Shown: positions 27,742-38,031, numbered from the stretch's first letter. The stretch: 64,000 nucleotides of DNA from an uncultured bacterium (GCA_942492935.1 OW818654.1:1515219-1579218); one strand, 5' to 3'. Notes: a model not told the origin generated them from the letters alone. Translations and numbers: made by a program.

Positions 27742-28082
27742 AAGATTTTTATGTAGAAGAATTAAAAGTATGTGTAGGTGCAATTCTGGCTGATATTCGT
27801 TTGCATCCACATACTTCATTGGAATATCGGTTTACAATTGTATTTGGTTTGTTAGATATGCTAATGTTGATTGACACAGATAATGAATATTTGTACAGCA
27901 AAGATTATGGAGTTTGTTTGCAAACTTCAATGAAACGACAGAAGGATTTTACACGATTACGTGATGAATGTCATTTGTATAATTACTATTCACAAACAGG
28001 CAGGAGTGATAGAGTTATGAATTACTTAGCCGAAAGATTACAAAATTTTCAATTAATATGGTTTCAGCAATGGCAAAGGTAG
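27738..28082 (+). CDS. Hypothetical early protein
   Basis: ATGA overlap with the upstream gene. Confidence 0.4.
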   Translation: MKDFYVEELKVCVGAILADIRLHPHTSLEYRFTIVFGLLDMLMLIDTDNEYLYSKDYGVCLQTSMKRQKDFTRLRDECHLYNYYSQTGRSDRVMNYLAERLQNFQLIWFQQWQR

Positions 28083-28422
28083 AAAAATGGTAACAGTTAC
28101 TACAACAACGACTGGGACAAGCCCAACATCACCAAGCATTGATATAAATTTTAGGTATGAAGAAATTTATAAAACTCGTGGTTTTTGGTGTGGGACAGGA
28201 ATATGGAACTCCCAAAATAATCACAAGAATACAAAAGTTTCGATTGAAAAATTAATTAAAAGAAATAAGCAAAAATTTAAAAAAGGGTAGAAAAATGTTT
28301 GTAATTAATATGATTTTTGTATTTGCTTTGGGATTGGCTTTTATATTTACAGCTTACAAAATAGGTCATTATTTTTTGAAGGAAAAACCTCAAAAAAAAA
28401 AAAAAAAGAAAAAAAGCAGGAA

Positions 28423-28893
28423 TTGACTGAAGCAGAGGATTATGTTAGTGAAGATGACAAAAATTTAACTCGTGAGATAACTCGGGCTTATTCAAATTAT
28501 CTTTTTGAATTAGCAGAAATTGAGAAGCAAAAGAGATTAGCATTAGAAGCAGAGAAATTACAAAAGAAAAAAAATGATGTAGAGAACAATCCTGATTTAT
28601 GGGAAAGAGTATTAATTGAAAACAGGGATATGATGTTTGATTTACGTGGTTACGGTGCGTGTAGTGGTTTCAGTGCAATTGGTAATTATAATTATAATCC
28701 AATAGGTGGTTACGATGAAATGTTTATTAAAAAAGATAGTGCAGAGTATGAGCTGTACAAAACATCTAATATATGCTTGGACTTTCATAATGCAGATAAT
28801 GTACTGTATATTCGCTTTATTCCAAGCAATACAAGGGCAAGAGATATACACACAATTACTGGGAGTGGTTGTGTTTTTCGTCCTTCGCATTGA
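28423..28893 (+). CDS. Hypothetical early protein
   Basis: The ORF follows an A15-rich homopolymer at 28389-28413 that ends a small membrane ORF. Confidence 0.4.
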   Translation: MTEAEDYVSEDDKNLTREITRAYSNYLFELAEIEKQKRLALEAEKLQKKKNDVENNPDLWERVLIENRDMMFDLRGYGACSGFSAIGNYNYNPIGGYDEMFIKKDSAEYELYKTSNICLDFHNADNVLYIRFIPSNTRARDIHTITGSGCVFRPSH

Positions 28894-28934
28894 ATTAAAA
28901 ATTAATGATTTAAATAATAAAATGGAGCTTAAAA

Positions 28935-29189
28935 ATGACTGAATTGGATTTTTATAAATTTATCACTAAAAACAAACTTGAATATCATTGGGAAATAAAT
29001 GCAGGTTATGAAGATGTTATTTTATTTCTTAATTATTCACAGTTAAAAGATATTGATAAACTTCTTTCACGTGATTTATTTGATGAAGGTGGTATAATAT
29101 GCCATTGGACGAATGGCTGTATAGGTTTTTGGGCAAGTGTTATTGCGGATCATTATGATTTAGATTTAACAAAAATTTTCGAAAAATAA
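28935..29189 (+). CDS. Hypothetical early protein
   Basis: ORF in the operon. Confidence 0.4.
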   Translation: MTELDFYKFITKNKLEYHWEINAGYEDVILFLNYSQLKDIDKLLSRDLFDEGGIICHWTNGCIGFWASVIADHYDLDLTKIFEK

Positions 29190-29636
29190 TAGGAAAAGGG
29201 TAGAAAAATGATAACAGTATATATAATAACACATATCATATTTTCAACATTTGTGTTTTTTGTGATGATAAATATTAACTATACAAAAGAATTTGCTTGG
29301 AATTATGATGATAAGAAAATATTAATATGGACTATCATTATAACAGCATCTATTGCAGGACCAATATTTTTAGTAATAGCAATATTTAATAAAATAATTA
29401 AACACGTAAGGAGCAAAAATGTGTAATGAATCTGAAATACCAGAAGAATTAATTGCTAAATATATAGTTGAATTGATGAGAGAAGATCCAATAAAATTAA
29501 CACAGTATGTATTAAGTGTAATTGCACAAGATATTTACAAAGCTAATGTAGGTACATTTACTTTTTCTCAAAATATGGATTTAGACGGCAAACGAATTAA
29601 TGTAAAAATTGTTGGTAAAATTAAGGAATTATAAAA

Positions 29637-29927
29637 ATGACTGAATTAATTCAATTAAGGCATAATGTTATCGGCACAAATGAAGCTGATAAAATAATGG
29701 AATTAATATTTCTTACTCACGAAATGGAGTATGAAATGAAATTTAATAAAGATGACAAAGTTGAAATTGTCAAAAAAAATAAGTGTAAAACACATAGGTT
29801 TATGGCTTCTTATGATGCTCTTGTTTCAGTAATGTTAGAAATTGGAGCATTAATTGAACAAGAATTTCCTGAACAATATAAAAAAGCATTTGAAAAAAGT
29901 AAAACTCAAACTAATTTGGAATTATAA
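29637..29927 (+). CDS. Hypothetical early protein
   Basis: ORF in the operon. Confidence 0.4.
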   Translation: MTELIQLRHNVIGTNEADKIMELIFLTHEMEYEMKFNKDDKVEIVKKNKCKTHRFMASYDALVSVMLEIGALIEQEFPEQYKKAFEKSKTQTNLEL

Positions 29928-30139
29928 ATATGCGTACAGATATTTATGAATGTCCTGATACACTTGTTTCTCTTTTGAATAGAATTAAAAAGATTAACAA
30001 GAAATTGCAAGAGCATTACGAACCAGATTCACCTCTGATTGATATAATGCTAAGATTATCATTTGAGCTTTTGGATTTAAAGTACAAACAGTATCAGAAA
30101 AAATAAACAGTATTTGAACACACTTTTTTTGAGAATAAT

Positions 30140-31078
30140 ATGAATAATTGGATTAAATTATACAGAGCATTAAATAAGCATTGGGTTTTTGATAATTCCG
30201 ATTATTTAAAATTGTGGATTTATATACTGACTACTTGTGAGTATGAAACGGCGATCCGTAATTCTAATACTAAAAAAATAGAACTTCAACCGGGACAAAT
30301 GCTTTTCACTTTGGAAAATATGAGTGAGGTTTGCAATATGCCATACATAAAAATCAGACGGTTTATTGACAGGTGCATAAAGGACGATATGATAAGTATT
30401 AAGCTAAATTGTAAACAAAATTCAGTGCTAAGTGTTTTAAATTGGGAGACTTACCAATCTGTAAATGTCAATGAAAATAACGAAAAAACATTGAGCAGTC
30501 ATTTGAGCAGTCATTTGAGCAGTCATTTGAGCAGTCATTTGAGCAGTCATTCTGACGTTGTAAATGATGAAATACCAAAGAGTTATAAAGATGACGAAAA
30601 TAATTTGAGCAGTCATTTGAGCAGTCATTTGAGCAGTCATTTGAGCAGTCATTTGAGCAGTTCATATAATGATAAAGAGAATCCTAAGAATCCTAAGAAT
30701 AAAAAGAAAGAAGAAATAACTACTTTCTCTACTGCAAAAATGAATTTTTTAAATTTTGATTTTGTTTTGGAATTTGTAATTAATTCAATTCCAGAATCAA
30801 AAGTAATTTCAGAAGAGAATTTAAAATTTTCAGTAGAGAAGTGGTTAAATCTTAGAACTAATTCCGAATGGCGAAATAAAAATGGTGTTTTGATTTCCGA
30901 TTGGAAACAGGACATTAAAACTTGGATCAAAAATGAAATTATTTATCAACAAAATTTAAAAGGAAATAAAAATGATAGAAGCACAAGAGCTGGCAAGCAT
31001 ATTGACGAACCACAACAGGTCAATATCGAAGACACACTCCGAAAATTCGAGCAATGGAGAGAGAAAAATAACACTTGA
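30140..31078 (+). CDS. Replication initiator/replisome-organizer-like protein with internal (SSHL)n repeats
   Basis: N-terminal winged-helix-like segment (…LKLWIYILTTCEY…QPGQMLFTLENMSEVCNMPYIKIRRFIDRC…). Two blocks of 5 x 12-bp direct repeats lie within the ORF. Confidence 0.45.
   Translation: MNNWIKLYRALNKHWVFDNSDYLKLWIYILTTCEYETAIRNSNTKKIELQPGQMLFTLENMSEVCNMPYIKIRRFIDRCIKDDMISIKLNCKQNSVLSVLNWETYQSVNVNENNEKTLSSHLSSHLSSHLSSHLSSHSDVVNDEIPKSYKDDENNLSSHLSSHLSSHLSSHLSSSYNDKENPKNPKNKKKEEITTFSTAKMNFLNFDFVLEFVINSIPESKVISEENLKFSVEKWLNLRTNSEWRNKNGVLISDWKQDIKTWIKNEIIYQQNLKGNKNDRSTRAGKHIDEPQQVNIEDTLRKFEQWREKNNT
30487..30663. repeat. Iteron-like tandem repeats (two clusters of 5 x AGCAGTCATTTG separated by ~55 bp) inside the replication-initiator-like gene
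   Basis: Perfect 12-bp direct repeats at 30487-30546 and 30604-30663. Confidence 0.8.
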
Positions 31079-31586
31079 ACAGTGGTTTATGGATATAGTT
31101 TTCAAAAAACTACCTCTTTATCAAGCTGTAACTTGCGATGAAGCAACTGCATTTGCTATTCTTGAAGAGTTACGCAGACAAGATTTTCAAGATTGGCAAC
31201 GTGAAGTAGCTGAATGTTGGATATTGCAAGGTAATTGGCAATACAAAAGCCCAAAAAAATTAACAGTAAAAGATTTTTTTCCATCAGAAAAAGAAATCGC
31301 TGGTTTTGATGCTTTTATGTCCGTTGAGGTCGTTCAAGCAAAGTTACGAGAACTTGGAAACTACTACAAACAACAGTACGTGGCGAGTATCAGAGCAGAG
31401 ATTGAAGAAAAAAATTTAAAAGAATATGTTAATTTAAGAAAAAACTATTTGTCATTGTGGAAAAAAATCGTAAGTTTGCAATTTGATAATTCTACATTGC
31501 AAGATGAAATTATCACTTTAAAAAATTTATTAGAAACAGCAAAAAATAGAATTTCAAATTTAGAGGAGAGACTAAAAAATGACTAA
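30972..31586 (+). CDS. Hypothetical protein with C-terminal coiled coil (alternative start at 31089)
   Basis: As drawn, it overlaps the upstream gene by 107 nt. The internal Met at 31089 lies 10 nt after that gene's stop. …LQDEIITLKNLLETAKNRISNLEERLK is coiled-coil-like. Confidence 0.4.
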   Translation: MIEAQELASILTNHNRSISKTHSENSSNGERKITLEQWFMDIVFKKLPLYQAVTCDEATAFAILEELRRQDFQDWQREVAECWILQGNWQYKSPKKLTVKDFFPSEKEIAGFDAFMSVEVVQAKLRELGNYYKQQYVASIRAEIEEKNLKEYVNLRKNYLSLWKKIVSLQFDNSTLQDEIITLKNLLETAKNRISNLEERLKND

Positions 31587-32202
31587 TCCAGAAAAATATA
31601 AAAACATTTTCGGTTGGTTTAATTTTGAAGCAGTTTATGATATGATTTATAATTCAATCGTAAATAATGGCACGTTTATTGAAGTTGGAGTTTTTGAAGG
31701 TAAATCTCTTTGCTATATGGCGGAGTTAAACCAGATTTACGGCAAAAACTTGTCAATCATTGGAGTAGATCATTTTCGAGGAAGTGATGAGCCACTTCAC
31801 CATTTAATGTTAGCTAACAGTCAGATTACACTTGCAGATAAGGCATATCAAAATCTTCAGAACGCACAAGTTTTGAGGGATATTGTTTTGTTGCCGTTTG
31901 CTTCAGAAGAGGCGAAAGACTTGTTCAATGACAACAGTGTTGATGCTATTTTCATTGATGCAAGCCACGATTACGAAAATGTGAAAGCTGATATTCTTCA
32001 TTGGTTGCCAAAAGTCAAGGACGGCGGAATACTTGCGGGACACGATTATTACGGAAATCATAAAGAAGTGAAATTAGCTGTAGATGATAGCTTGCACAAT
32101 TACGAAATTTTCAGTTCTGTACAAACGGAGTGCTGGTGGATTTATAAAACGCCAAAAAATCAAACTTCTGCAAGCGTGGTTAAACGTTCTTGTTGTAATT
32201 AG
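31579..32202 (+). CDS. Class I SAM-dependent methyltransferase, TylF/Methyltransf_24-like
   Basis: …GTFIEVGVFEGKSLCYMAEL… is the SAM motif I region. …DAIFIDASHDYENVKADILHWLPKVKDGGILAGHDY matches the conserved C-terminal block of TylF-type O-methyltransferases. Confidence 0.6.
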   Translation: MTNPEKYKNIFGWFNFEAVYDMIYNSIVNNGTFIEVGVFEGKSLCYMAELNQIYGKNLSIIGVDHFRGSDEPLHHLMLANSQITLADKAYQNLQNAQVLRDIVLLPFASEEAKDLFNDNSVDAIFIDASHDYENVKADILHWLPKVKDGGILAGHDYYGNHKEVKLAVDDSLHNYEIFSSVQTECWWIYKTPKNQTSASVVKRSCCN

Positions 32203-32246
32203 TATAAAATATCAAAAAAATTTTAAAAATTCAACAGAGAGGATTT

Positions 32247-33392
32247 ATGACAGAAATAATTAATTTAAGAGAAGACCTTTTAAGGCAAATTGAAAATAAT
32301 GAAGTAATTAAGCCGAAAGTTACTGTAACTGCTTATACTTCAACGAGAGACAGACATTTTACAACTTTACCATTGTTGCTGTTTGGTTTGCTTCATCAAA
32401 CACGGAAGCCCGACAAAATCGTTATTTATGACGATAGCCCGAACAAACCTGACTTGCAAAATCATTGGATGTTCAAACATATTTTTGGAATTTGCAACAT
32501 TTTGAATGTTCCGTATTACGTTTTTTACGGACAGGGAAAGGGACAAGTTCTAAACCACCAGCACGCATTAATGACGGCTGATACAGACATTGTGTGGCGA
32601 TTAGATGATGATAATTATCCAGAGCCGAATGTATTGGAAACACTTTTACGAAAATTAGAAGATGACACAGTAGGTGCGGTTGGTTGCAATGTTTGGCATC
32701 CTGACCGTCCAATTTATCCTGTTCCGAGCTATGCGTTTGGAAAAATGACAAAAGGTGTATTTCACCAAGTGCCTGAATGGTTTTATATTCAAGATGGGCA
32801 AGATAGATTTACAGAACATTTATATTCAACTTTTGCATATAAAACCAAAATAGCACGAACTACACCGGGTTATCCAATGGATTTAAGCCCAGTTGGGCAT
32901 CACGAAGAAACAATTTTCTCGCATCAAATTTACAGAACAGGGCATAAATTAGTTGTTACTCCCGATTGTAAAGTTTGGCATTTACGCAATCCAGAAGGTG
33001 GAATAAGAGCTTACAGAGACGAGTTTTTGTGGAAGCACGACCAAGACAAGATGGATGTTTATATGAAAAATTGGGGTTACAACGATAAACCGACAAAATT
33101 TGCAATACTGAAAAATGGTATTGGCGACCAATTTGCATTTAAAACCATTTTACCAGAGTTTGTTGCTAAATACAAAGATACTCACGACTTAGTAATTTCG
33201 AGCAGTAATCCAGATGTTTTCCACGATTCAAAGGATGTGTTTGTAATGAATTTGAATGAAGTTACTTACTTTGTACCTCAAGACAAATGGGAAGAATACA
33301 ATGTTTACAGAATTATGGCAGAACAGGAAAGTAAAGGACAAGTGTTAAATTTAATTGACAGTTATAGAAAATTATATCAATTGGAAAATTAA
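32247..33392 (+). CDS. Family 2 glycosyltransferase (GT-A fold)
   Basis: VTVTAYTSTRDRHFTTLPLLLFGLLHQTRKPDKIVIYDDSPNKPD matches the GT2 N-terminal signature. The DxD region is …DIVWRLDDDNYPEPNVLETLL. Confidence 0.6.
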   Translation: MTEIINLREDLLRQIENNEVIKPKVTVTAYTSTRDRHFTTLPLLLFGLLHQTRKPDKIVIYDDSPNKPDLQNHWMFKHIFGICNILNVPYYVFYGQGKGQVLNHQHALMTADTDIVWRLDDDNYPEPNVLETLLRKLEDDTVGAVGCNVWHPDRPIYPVPSYAFGKMTKGVFHQVPEWFYIQDGQDRFTEHLYSTFAYKTKIARTTPGYPMDLSPVGHHEETIFSHQIYRTGHKLVVTPDCKVWHLRNPEGGIRAYRDEFLWKHDQDKMDVYMKNWGYNDKPTKFAILKNGIGDQFAFKTILPEFVAKYKDTHDLVISSSNPDVFHDSKDVFVMNLNEVTYFVPQDKWEEYNVYRIMAEQESKGQVLNLIDSYRKLYQLEN

Positions 33393-33940
33393 AATGTGTG
33401 AAATAAAACAAATCAATAAAGAAGAAGTAATTTTTTTACAGCAAAATGCAACTTATTCACTTGTGGAGTTCATTGATATATTTAAAAAGTCGCTTGGGTA
33501 TGGTGGACAGCAAGTATTAAGCCCAATAGTTCTTAGCAATGGAAAAATAATGTTTACTTTTAATGTAATAAATACAAATAAACCTTTATCAAAAATATTA
33601 TTAGAGCAAAATGGATTAATGCAGGGAAATTCTAAATGAGTGAAGAATTAAAAGTAAAAAGTCAAATTCATATTGCTTTGATGGAAAATAACACAATTCA
33701 AGTTTCTCACGATGAAATTGAGAAAGCGGGAGTTGCTACTGAATTGCTATTTGGAGCATTAGTTTTATTTTGGCAGTATTCGGAATTTAAAGAAATAGAC
33801 GGATTTGTTGATCATTGTGAGAAAGCAAAAGAATTATTCCAAAGTAATTTTGTAGAATATTTGGAAAATTATCTCACAAAAAGAAATCATAAAGTTGAAT
33901 TAGTAAATAAATTTTTCAATCAATTGCAGGAAGTGAAGTA

Positions 33941-34414
33941 ATGAATACTATCATCATCAGTCCATTTTCAAACAAATTGGGCGATAAACAAAATGCAAAA
34001 AATTATCCATATTGGCGAGAGCTTGTAGGCAGGTTGCGTCTTGCGGGTATGTACGTGATACAGTTGGGTGCAGGTGATGAACCCAAAATAGGTGCAAATG
34101 GTTACTTGTATAATCAGAAATTTGATGAAATTGCAAAGTTAATCAGAAACAGTCATTTGTGGTTATCTGTAGATAATTTTTTGCATCATTTGGTAAAAGC
34201 GGAATGTCCCGAGAAACCGGGCATTGTCATTTGGGGTCCATCGGATCCCGAGCTGTTTGGTTATCCAGAGCAGATTAATGTTTTGAAATCACGTGCTACA
34301 TTAAGACCGAGACAATGGGCTATTTGGAATGAATGTGAGTTTAATCCAGATATATTTCCCGATTATAACGAGATAATGGATATAATTAAAAACAAATTAT
34401 TTGCTACTGTTTAA
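33941..34414 (+). CDS. Possible glycosyltransferase-9 (heptosyltransferase)-like C-terminal-domain protein
   Basis: …LIRNSHLWLSVDNFLHHLVKAECPEKPGIVIWGP… weakly resembles the GT9 donor-binding region. It lies downstream of the methyltransferase and GT2 genes. Confidence 0.3.
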   Translation: MNTIIISPFSNKLGDKQNAKNYPYWRELVGRLRLAGMYVIQLGAGDEPKIGANGYLYNQKFDEIAKLIRNSHLWLSVDNFLHHLVKAECPEKPGIVIWGPSDPELFGYPEQINVLKSRATLRPRQWAIWNECEFNPDIFPDYNEIMDIIKNKLFATV

Positions 34415-34555
34415 TTTCAATATGTGCAGGCGATACAAAGGGAAAGTAAACTATTGTAAGACAAATTTGCACGAAATACTCATAATTCAAGCTAATTAAC
34501 TACGAATTAAGAGAAAATAAGAGTAAACATAAATACAAGGTAAACAAGGTAAATT

Positions 34556-34861
34556 ATGAAAGAAAAAACAAATAAAAAAACTTCAAAAACGGCATCTAAT
34601 CAAGAAAAATTAGCTTTTGAAGATATAGATGGAAATACTTTTGCAAAGGTAGTAAAGAGAATTGGTTTTCATTACTCCGAGTTTAGCCGTTCAATTGGTT
34701 ATTCGGGAGGATATTTGTATAGAATGATAAGGTTTAAAAAGCAAGTGCCAATCAAGTTTATAAGGGAATTACAACTACAAGTTGGTTACGAAGATTTGTT
34801 ACTTGCATACAATCAAGTTATAGAAGAAATTGAAAAAAATAACGTAAGGTATGAAGATTAA
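34556..34861 (+). CDS. Hypothetical protein (possible HTH)
   Basis: ORF after a 140-bp gap. Confidence 0.35.
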   Translation: MKEKTNKKTSKTASNQEKLAFEDIDGNTFAKVVKRIGFHYSEFSRSIGYSGGYLYRMIRFKKQVPIKFIRELQLQVGYEDLLLAYNQVIEEIEKNNVRYED

Positions 34862-35306
34862 TTATAGATTTGTAGTTTAAATATGAATATAGTAAAATGC
34901 AATAATGGTGCTTGCAGTCGCAAAAATAAATGTTATAGGTACAGTATGCCTACTATATTTCCCGTTATTGCAAAAACAATCATACCTACCTATTGGAAAG
35001 GTAAATTTCACTGTAAATATTTTATGAAACTTAAAAAAGAAGTGAAAGATGGAGTTTGAATTTATTTATAATTTTTATAACAAAGAAGCCATTGCTATAA
35101 AAATTGATGGAATCAAACCGGAGGAGATTACGGACAGAGAGATGATTTTCCAATTGGGCTTAACACTGTTGAGCAGAATTGAAAAAAATCATTTGAAAAG
35201 TATGAATTGTACTTTTTTATATCACAGTGACCGCCCAAATGAACTCAAGCAATTGCCACGTACATATTGGGAAGAATCACATTTTTATCAAAAAATCAGA
35301 GGAAAT

Positions 35307-35502
35307 AATGAACACAGTTAGAACAGGTTGGGAATGCCCTCGTTGCAATGCTATACTAAGCCCAGACGCAACATTTTGTACTGTTTGTCAAGACAAAAAG
35401 AAAACAGCACCAAAGCCACAGGAAAGCCCAAAAGAGACTATTGCACCAGCAACAAAACCTATTCCAAAAAAGAAACTTGAAAAACCAAAAAGTAATTGGT
35501 AA
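35307..35502 (+). CDS. Small zinc-ribbon protein with a Lys/Pro-rich tail
   Basis: MNTVRTGWECPRCNAILSPDATFCTVCQDKK. It is the last gene before the GC-rich terminator element. Confidence 0.45.
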
Positions 35503-35573
35503 ATCCCCCTGCCCCCTTTTAAAAAAGGGGGAAAAGAAAAATCCCCTTAGAAAAAGGGGGAAGGGGGATTTCC
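35501..35573. terminator. GC-rich three-hairpin element (copy A), probable bidirectional terminator at a convergent junction
   Basis: aaatccccctgcccccttttaaaaaagggggaaaagaaaaatccccttagaaaaagggggaagggggatttcc contains three C5 and three G5 runs that can pair as a Y-shaped junction. A near-identical copy is at 39713-39785. Confidence 0.6.
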
Positions 35574-36098
35574 TAAACTGTGTGTATTACCTGCACTCCA
35601 TTTTCACTGAATTTTATTTTTACTTTTTCATTCAAAAAATCGTAAACCTCTATCAAAAAACCGATATAAAATTGATTTATAGGATTGTTTATATTTACTT
35701 TATTTTCTAAAATATTTGCAAATTGCAAAGTGTCAAGCTCCGAATTAATCGGAGCATATTTTTTATAAATATTGATAGTATCAAATAATGTTTGGTAGTA
35801 TAACATTTTTAAGCACCTTTTTTGATAAAATAATAATTTGCAATATTGCTAATTTGTTCTTGTGGAGTTAAAAATTTGAAACTGTTTTCATTCCATAAAT
35901 CAAACGTCTCAATGTAAATATCGGAGTAATTTTCTTGAGTTTGTTTAAAGAAATTATAAACTATGTTTATATCGTAAATTTCTTGATTTTCCTGCGTTCT
36001 AATAGCTTTATTTGTTCTATTTGATTGAATGTAATATAATAGAAAATTTAAAAATATTTTACTTTTATTCTTAAAAATATATTCTTTATGAATTAAAT

Positions 36099-36587
36099 CT
36101 AATAATGTTTGGTCATCATAAGACCAAGTTTATCAATTGAATGCTCAATCATATATTTAATTTCTGGAATAGTAATTTTAAAGAATTTTAATTCATTTAT
36201 CAAAAAATCTAATGTTTTTTGATATTTGTAATTAGATATTTTTTCAATCTTTATATCTGGGAGATTTAATTCATTTTTATAGCTATTATAAATTTTCAAA
36301 ATTTTGTCAATAGGTCCGATATAGCAATTTTTTCTATAAATAAATTCAATAAAAACATTTTCATAATTATCAATTGTAATTTGTTCAAATTCAATTTGAA
36401 ATTGATAATTATTAAAAGCATTATAGCGACTAACATTTTTTTCTTGAGTAGGAATTTTAGTAATTACATCACTACTCCAAATTTGATTTTCTTTAGTATT
36501 GATAAGCAAAAATATTGCTAATCTATAGTTTTTAAAAGCAACGTTTTGCAACGTTGCTATTACTTTTTTAGTTTCATTTAAATTCAT
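36099..36587 (-). CDS. Hypothetical protein
   Basis: ORF abutting the J-domain gene, separated from it by 1 nt. Confidence 0.4.
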   Translation of the reverse strand: MNLNETKKVIATLQNVAFKNYRLAIFLLINTKENQIWSSDVITKIPTQEKNVSRYNAFNNYQFQIEFEQITIDNYENVFIEFIYRKNCYIGPIDKILKIYNSYKNELNLPDIKIEKISNYKYQKTLDFLINELKFFKITIPEIKYMIEHSIDKLGLMMTKHY

Positions 36588-36588
36588 T

Positions 36589-37140
36589 TTAAGCTCCTTT
36601 CAATTCTTTTTTTGAATAACTATTCATAATTTTTGAACCGTATTTATTTCTAATATCAATAATGTTTTGTGGTTTACTTTTAAATGATTTTTTCAATTCA
36701 TTAGGACGCCAAAACCACATTTTTTTGCCCGGAGCAAATAAAAACCCAATTTCTTTTAATTCGTTTTTAATTGGAAAAGTAGCACCACTTAACCAAATCC
36801 ACGAGCCGATTAATTCAATAATTACAAATTCAAAATTGATAATTTTATTAATAATTTCTTTATATTCCATTTCTAAATCAATATCAATAAAATCATTTTC
36901 TACATTTGAATTATTCATAGTAGCAATATTTAACAATAAATATTCATATTCATTATTTATTTGTTGCATTATTGAAGTAGCTTGAGGATCTTTATTTATA
37001 TCGGGATGCCAAATTTTAGCGAGCCGTTTATATTCATTTTTCAATGAATTTAAATCATAGCAATTTTTTAAATATTCAATTTCAATCTTTTTCATTTTTT
37101 TATTCCTATATCTAAATTTAAATTTTCTTTTTAGTAACAA
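36589..37140 (-). CDS. J-domain (DnaJ-like) protein
   Basis: …YKRLAKIWHPDINKDPQATSIMQQINNEYEYLL shows the HPD tripeptide inside a helix II/III J-domain context. Confidence 0.65.
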   Translation of the reverse strand: MLLKRKFKFRYRNKKMKKIEIEYLKNCYDLNSLKNEYKRLAKIWHPDINKDPQATSIMQQINNEYEYLLLNIATMNNSNVENDFIDIDLEMEYKEIINKIINFEFVIIELIGSWIWLSGATFPIKNELKEIGFLFAPGKKMWFWRPNELKKSFKSKPQNIIDIRNKYGSKIMNSYSKKELKGA

Positions 37141-37493
37141 ACTTTGTTACAAATATAGTAACGTATTAGTTTCAAAAAAGTTTCAAAGAAAATAAAAATA
37201 ATTTTCAAAAAAAATATTTTTAAATCTTAATCCTATGAAAAATATAATACTTAGTATTAGAAAATAATTTTTAAGAAAAAAAAATAAAAATAATTTGAAA
37301 CATTTTGAAACTAAAAACGTATATATAAATGTAATCAAAATGATTACAAAAAAAATAAAGTAAATAATTTTATGAATAAAGTAATATTTCAATAAAATAA
37401 TTTGCAACAAATTGAAACTAAAATCGTATATAAAAAAGTAACAAAGTATGTTACGGAAAAGAATTTTTAAAATTAATATAAGGAATTAAAAAA
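37141..37493. promoter_or_regulatory. Divergent regulatory region with three copies of a TTTGAAACTAA(A/T)ACGT(A) motif
   Basis: The motif occurs at 37165-37180 in inverted orientation and at 37305-37322 and 37410-37426 in direct orientation. GTAAC/GTTAC dyads are also present (gttacaaatatagtaac). Confidence 0.5.
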
Positions 37494-37754
37494 ATGTATA
37501 GCTATGAATTATTAGAAAATGGAATTTTTATCAAGGGAGATTTTTCGCAATATCTAACCGGACCATACTTAGATTTAGAATTTAGTTTGATTGAAATTAA
37601 CGGAGATTCGGGGATAGAATATACTCCAGAAGGTTTGTTTGTTTATAATATTGTGGATAATAATCCAGAATATTTTTACATAATTGAAAAAAATTCAATA
37701 GGTGAAACTATTGCAAAAATTACAATTGAAAATAATAAATTATTAATTATTTAA
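37494..37754 (+). CDS. Hypothetical small protein (first of four cassette-like genes)
   Basis: ORF followed by the conserved hairpin-SD cassette. Confidence 0.4.
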   Translation: MYSYELLENGIFIKGDFSQYLTGPYLDLEFSLIEINGDSGIEYTPEGLFVYNIVDNNPEYFYIIEKNSIGETIAKITIENNKLLII

Positions 37755-37797
37755 ATCATCGCCCGGCTCGTGCCGGGCTATATAAGGAGCAGAAAAA

Positions 37798-38031
37798 ATG
37801 GAATATTTAATTAATGAAGATGACCATGTTTTAATAGAATTTGATAATTCTATCACAGTAGATATGGATTTAAGAATAGATTATAAAGATTCAAACGAAG
37901 GAGTTGGATTTTGGAATATCGAAATTTTAACTCCAGATTTTAAAATTCTTTTAGAAGATGACACAAAAGAAAATGCACTCACAAAATCATTAAATATGGT
38001 TAAAAGTTTAAATTATTATTATAGTCTTTAA
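37798..38031 (+). CDS. Hypothetical small acidic protein
   Basis: Starts at the ATG of cassette 1. Confidence 0.4.
   Translation: MEYLINEDDHVLIEFDNSITVDMDLRIDYKDSNEGVGFWNIEILTPDFKILLEDDTKENALTKSLNMVKSLNYYYSL

Noticed and set aside
30437-30665. Minus-strand ORFs encoding (MTAQ)n and (CSND)n, and a possible CRISPR-like array
   Set aside because: These are antisense readings of the 12-bp iteron repeats. The repeats are contiguous with no unique spacers, so this is not CRISPR.
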